From: Eledone cirrhosa
Taxonomy: Eukaryota
Assembly (NCBI GenBank): GCA_964016885.1
Contig: OZ024741.1
Coordinates: 10,602,001 to 10,666,000, forward strand
Length of the DNA: 64,000 bases
Direction of reading: 5' to 3'
Below, piece after piece: positions 59,842 through 64,000 of this stretch (position 1 is its first letter; each line of letters starts with the position of its first letter). The translations under genes were made by a program, and so were the position numbers. Below the pieces are notes generated by a model. That model searched no databases and was not told where the DNA came from. It was given only the letters and a program-made list of their open reading frames with translations.

Positions 59842-61400
59842 GGGGATTCCTTTCTTTGTTTCTGTGCCATTCCTTTCTTCTATCCTACGCCATTTTGTTT
59901 ATGTGTGTGTGTTGTGTGCTCAGTTTGCGCATGCGCCACATCCGGGTGTCTGTGTGTGTTTATGTTCATTTATCTATTTGTTTATTTATTTATTTATTTA
60001 TTTACATGTTATTGGTTGGTTGTTTGTTCTACGTGTGTGTGTGTTTTCATTTTGTCCTTAATTGTAAGTTGTGATGTTGCTGTTCCACTCATATTTTCTA
60101 TTTAATTTTGGTTGTAATTCTTTTATGTTTATTGCCTCTGTAATTTGTCTAAACATTGCATCTTTTCTGTGTGTAGATTCTATTTTTATTTCTATGTTCT
60201 CTAATTTACCCTTGTGTTCTATCTTAACATGTTGGTAGAGTACAGATGATTCTTTATTATCTTGAAGGTCTCGCCAGTGTTCATTTATCCGTTCCCCTAT
60301 ACTACGAGCTGTCTCACCTATGTACACTATATTTTTGTTTCTACATTGTCCTTCAGTACATCTTATGCTATACACTACATTTCTAGTTTTACAGTTAATA
60401 TGGGGGCTTATTTTACAGGTTATACATTTCTTATCTATACATGAGGGTCTTGCTAATAAGTGTTTTTACGGAGGTACCTGGTCTTTCTACTATCTTAATA
60501 TTGAGTTTATGTTTATTTAGGGCCCTTCTAATTTGTGTGTGTAAATATATGCGTATATTACTTCGTTAACCTCTGTATTAACTCAACAACTATTTAGCTT
60601 TGACAGTGTTGTCCCACTCATGTATACTATTGAAGATGAAAAGAAAGACTGTAAACACTGGCTTATCTTTATAATTTAAAATTGATACACACTTCGATAC
60701 TCTGTACATGCCAAACTCTTACTTTTGCCTCATGACAGCTAGTTTTACACGCCGTAACGTTAGATACATTATACCCCCCACCTAAGTAATGTCAGGGTCT
60801 CCTCAAATAATTTATTAATAGCATTGTTGTAATTGTTGTTATTGTTCTAATTGAATGCCATTACTACTTCATATAGTAGCCTGTATATTCTTTTCTTGCC
60901 TGTGTATTTTCTTCATTCTCGCATGCTCCGAAGATCTGACTGGTTATAATTTTGTATTGGCGATCGAGTAACGTGAAAATAAGCGAATAGCGATCTCTAG
61001 ACCTACCAGTTCAGAGAAACAATTGTCAGCTATAAGATTAAAAACCTTTTTTGTATAGCAAACCATGTCAACCTTCTTTCCTGATTTATTATTACTCCAA
61101 GTGTTTACAAAATAGGAATTACGGCATACCCGCAGCATATCTATGAAAACGCCTTGTTGAGTCAAACCAAGCCAAGCGTTAATATCATCCACTACCTGGA
61201 ATACCACAACTGGACTTTACCTAAGTGGACTGCATTTAACTATTATTTGTTACCCCGTATATATATATATTATATATATATATATTATATATATATATTA
61301 TATATATATTATATATATATATATATATAGATATATAATATATATTATATATATATATATATTATATATATATATATTATATATATATATTTATATATAT

Positions 61401-61430
<30 letters not shown>

Positions 61431-61432
<2 letters not shown>

Positions 61433-61596
61433 AGGAACCAGTAAGACCCCGACAGCTGAGCACAAGCCGTTTCGACGGCTAATTCTGGACTGCTAATTCG
61501 GTGTCTTACTGGTTCCTATTACCCACTCTACTACCTCAAGTATTGAGTACTTTGGTGCGTTATGGTCCACCTGGTTCCTTACCACATTTCCTTCGT

Positions 61597-61600
<4 letters not shown>
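61431..61600 (+). mobile_element. Second copy of the 14203-14401 fold-back element, with one arm partly deleted
   Basis: ATAGGAACCAGTAAGACCCC...AATTCTGGAC then ...GTCTTACTGGTTCCTATTACCCACTCTACTACC...CGTTA; (TA)n flanks. Confidence 0.8.
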
Positions 61601-61679
<79 letters not shown>

Positions 61680-61775
61680 ATATATATAATATATATATAT
61701 ATATAATATATATATATATATTATATATATATATAATATTTATATTATATATATTATAAATATATATATATATAT

Positions 61776-61809
<34 letters not shown>

Positions 61810-61820
61810 ATATATATATA

Positions 61821-61868
<48 letters not shown>

Positions 61869-61943
61869 TATATAATATATATTTATTATATATATATATA
61901 TAAATATATATATATTATATATATATATTATATATATATATAT

Positions 61944-61977
<34 letters not shown>

Positions 61978-62078
61978 ATATATATAATTAATATATATAT
62001 ATTATATATATATATATAATTAATATATATATATTATATATATAGATATATAGATATATATATTATATATATATATTA

Positions 62079-62123
<45 letters not shown>

Positions 62124-62127
62124 ATAT

Positions 62128-62214
<87 letters not shown>

Positions 62215-62242
62215 ATATTATATTATATATTATATATATATA

Positions 62243-62334
<92 letters not shown>

Positions 62335-62340
62335 GTATAT

Positions 62341-62372
<32 letters not shown>

Positions 62373-62431
62373 ATATCATATATATTATATATATATATAT
62401 TATATTATATATATTATATATATATATATAT

Positions 62432-62486
<55 letters not shown>

Positions 62487-62572
62487 ATATATATAATATA
62501 TATATATAATATATATTTATTATATATATATATATATAAGTATATATATATTATATATATATATTATATATA

Positions 62573-62603
<31 letters not shown>
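61601..62603. repeat. (TA)n microsatellite
   Basis: Direct reading. Confidence 0.97.
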
Positions 62604-62604
<1 letters not shown>

Positions 62605-64000
62605 GAGGGATTCCTTTTAATTCATTATCTGAGACATGTGACCTCTGCGCAGAGGAGATATTCTTTATACTAAAATCTAAAAATTCCCTTAACCTACGGA
62701 CAAATTTATTCAGTTGTTGCAAACATAGATTAAACTCAAAGTTTAAATATAAATTTAAATTTAAAATGTAGTATATTTAGTTTGATTTATATTTATATGT
62801 GAACTAGCCGATAAATTTTTTGATTCCTAAATCTTTGATTCCCTCATTTTACTCCTTTTTTTATTGTTTATTTTTATTTTATTTTATTTTTATTTTTATC
62901 TAAACATTCCTCATGAAAAATTAAGCTACCCTAAAAGCCGATGCTCCACATTTTTTGAATTAACCTTACACTAGATAAACTTCTATATTAAATATAGGAA
63001 CATATGTAGACCTAATTGGACATCATAATCTTTTTGAAATGTTCTTTGCTAGATGTGATTTGATAGATAATTTTTGGCTTTGTCTTGTAATGAACTTGGC
63101 AATATATTGTCAATTAACTTTGAAGGGTTGTTCTTTGTGGTTTATTTTTATTTTTATTTTTATTTTTATTTTTATTTTTTAGTATTGTAGTATTCTATAA
63201 TATTTTTTTATTGTTTATTTTATTTTTAATATCTTTAATATGTAAATTTTTAATACGTAATATTTTTTAATACGTAGTATTTTTAATATGTAATATTTTT
63301 ATTATGTAATATTCTTTCGTAATATTTTTTTTAGTTTTCTATTCTATATTTTTACTTATTATTATTATTGTTATCTTTTTATTTTTAGTTTTGTTTATAA
63401 TATAATATATATTTTTATTAGTATATTGAAATCTGCTCTCTATTTCTGCTTGATAGATAATCTTGTAGAGTAATGACAGGAATAATAATACGCTCAAATT
63501 TTTATACCACATTGAGAATGCTTTCCGGTAATTTAGAGTTTGCAGAGTGAATCAGTTGGATTCACATGGATGTTTGTAGCTGTCACATAAACATATGAAT
63601 TTTTTAAAACTAAACATAAGATAATTAATTTTCACACATTATGGATACTTGTTTCATTCAGGAATACTGATATTTACAATATAGTGTAAGTTTTATAAAT
63701 ACTAATACATTAAAACATAGGGTTTTCTACGCCTCGAATATGTCTGGCTATTTTTAAATTTTTTCTCTCGCTATTTTTTCCTCTCTCTATATTTTTTTCT
63801 CTCTATATATATATCTCCCTTACATTAATACTTGAGCTAAATAAATAAATAAATAAATAAATGTATCATTGATACACTTACTCAAAATGACCTCCCACTA
63901 CCTAATTTTCTATATATATATGTATCTATCTCTATTTCCTCTCTCTATATATATATATATATCTTTCTGTTTCTTTACATGAAGCTCTTCGCTTTATCTA
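62604..64000 (+). mobile_element. 5'-truncated paralogue of the Naiad-like PLE at 48.2-50.4 kb
   Basis: Starts GAGGGATTCCTTTTAATTCA (matches ~48567) and is collinear through the 3'UTR; lacks the SINE insertion; runs off the window. Confidence 0.85.

Larger units (their letters stand above)
55416..60535 (-). mobile_element. Penelope-like element (Neptune-like), near full length with tandem pseudo-LTRs
   Basis: About 1-kb direct repeats 55416-56463 and 59578-60535 include the GIY-YIG 3' end, the HHR and the ORF start. Internal RT + GIY-YIG coding region. Confidence 0.9.

Noticed and set aside
60536-61255. Unique segment with an 87-aa minus-strand ORF as a host exon
   Set aside because: No recognisable domain or supported splice structure; left unassigned.

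Overview
AT-rich eukaryotic, repeat-only region with no host protein-coding gene. The SINE and RTE repertoire and the huge (TA)n/(TATG)n tracts suggest an octopod cephalopod (inference). From left to right: two minisatellites (1-2.4 kb); a ~880-bp satellite organised as a higher-order dimer (2.4-12.6 kb); a solo LTR; a decayed RTE LINE with a SINE sharing its tail; and a ~24-kb strand-polarised (TA)/(TATG) microsatellite domain carrying five co-oriented ~610-bp bipartite RTE-derived elements. That domain also holds a 5'-inverted RTE-like fragment and a CR1-group LINE with an uninterrupted ORF2. Further right are a decayed Mag-type Ty3/Gypsy element, two Naiad-like and one Neptune-like Penelope-like elements (PLEs), and a ~614-bp tandem array. 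Main signals: (i) about ten minimal type-I hammerhead ribozyme (HHR) motifs from several unrelated short elements, mostly sitting at (TA)n tracts, including a 467-bp retrozyme-like partial tandem and a U3:A8 core variant; (ii) perfect 120-bp and 301-bp fold-back palindromes built from HHR-bearing element ends, one folding at the tip of HHR stem II; (iii) an in-phase U_UUU_UUA slippery site that could link CR1 ORF1 to an ORF2 lacking an N-terminal AUG by -1 frameshifting. Most long YI-rich ORFs in the supplied track are microsatellite artefacts. All folds and alignments were done by eye.
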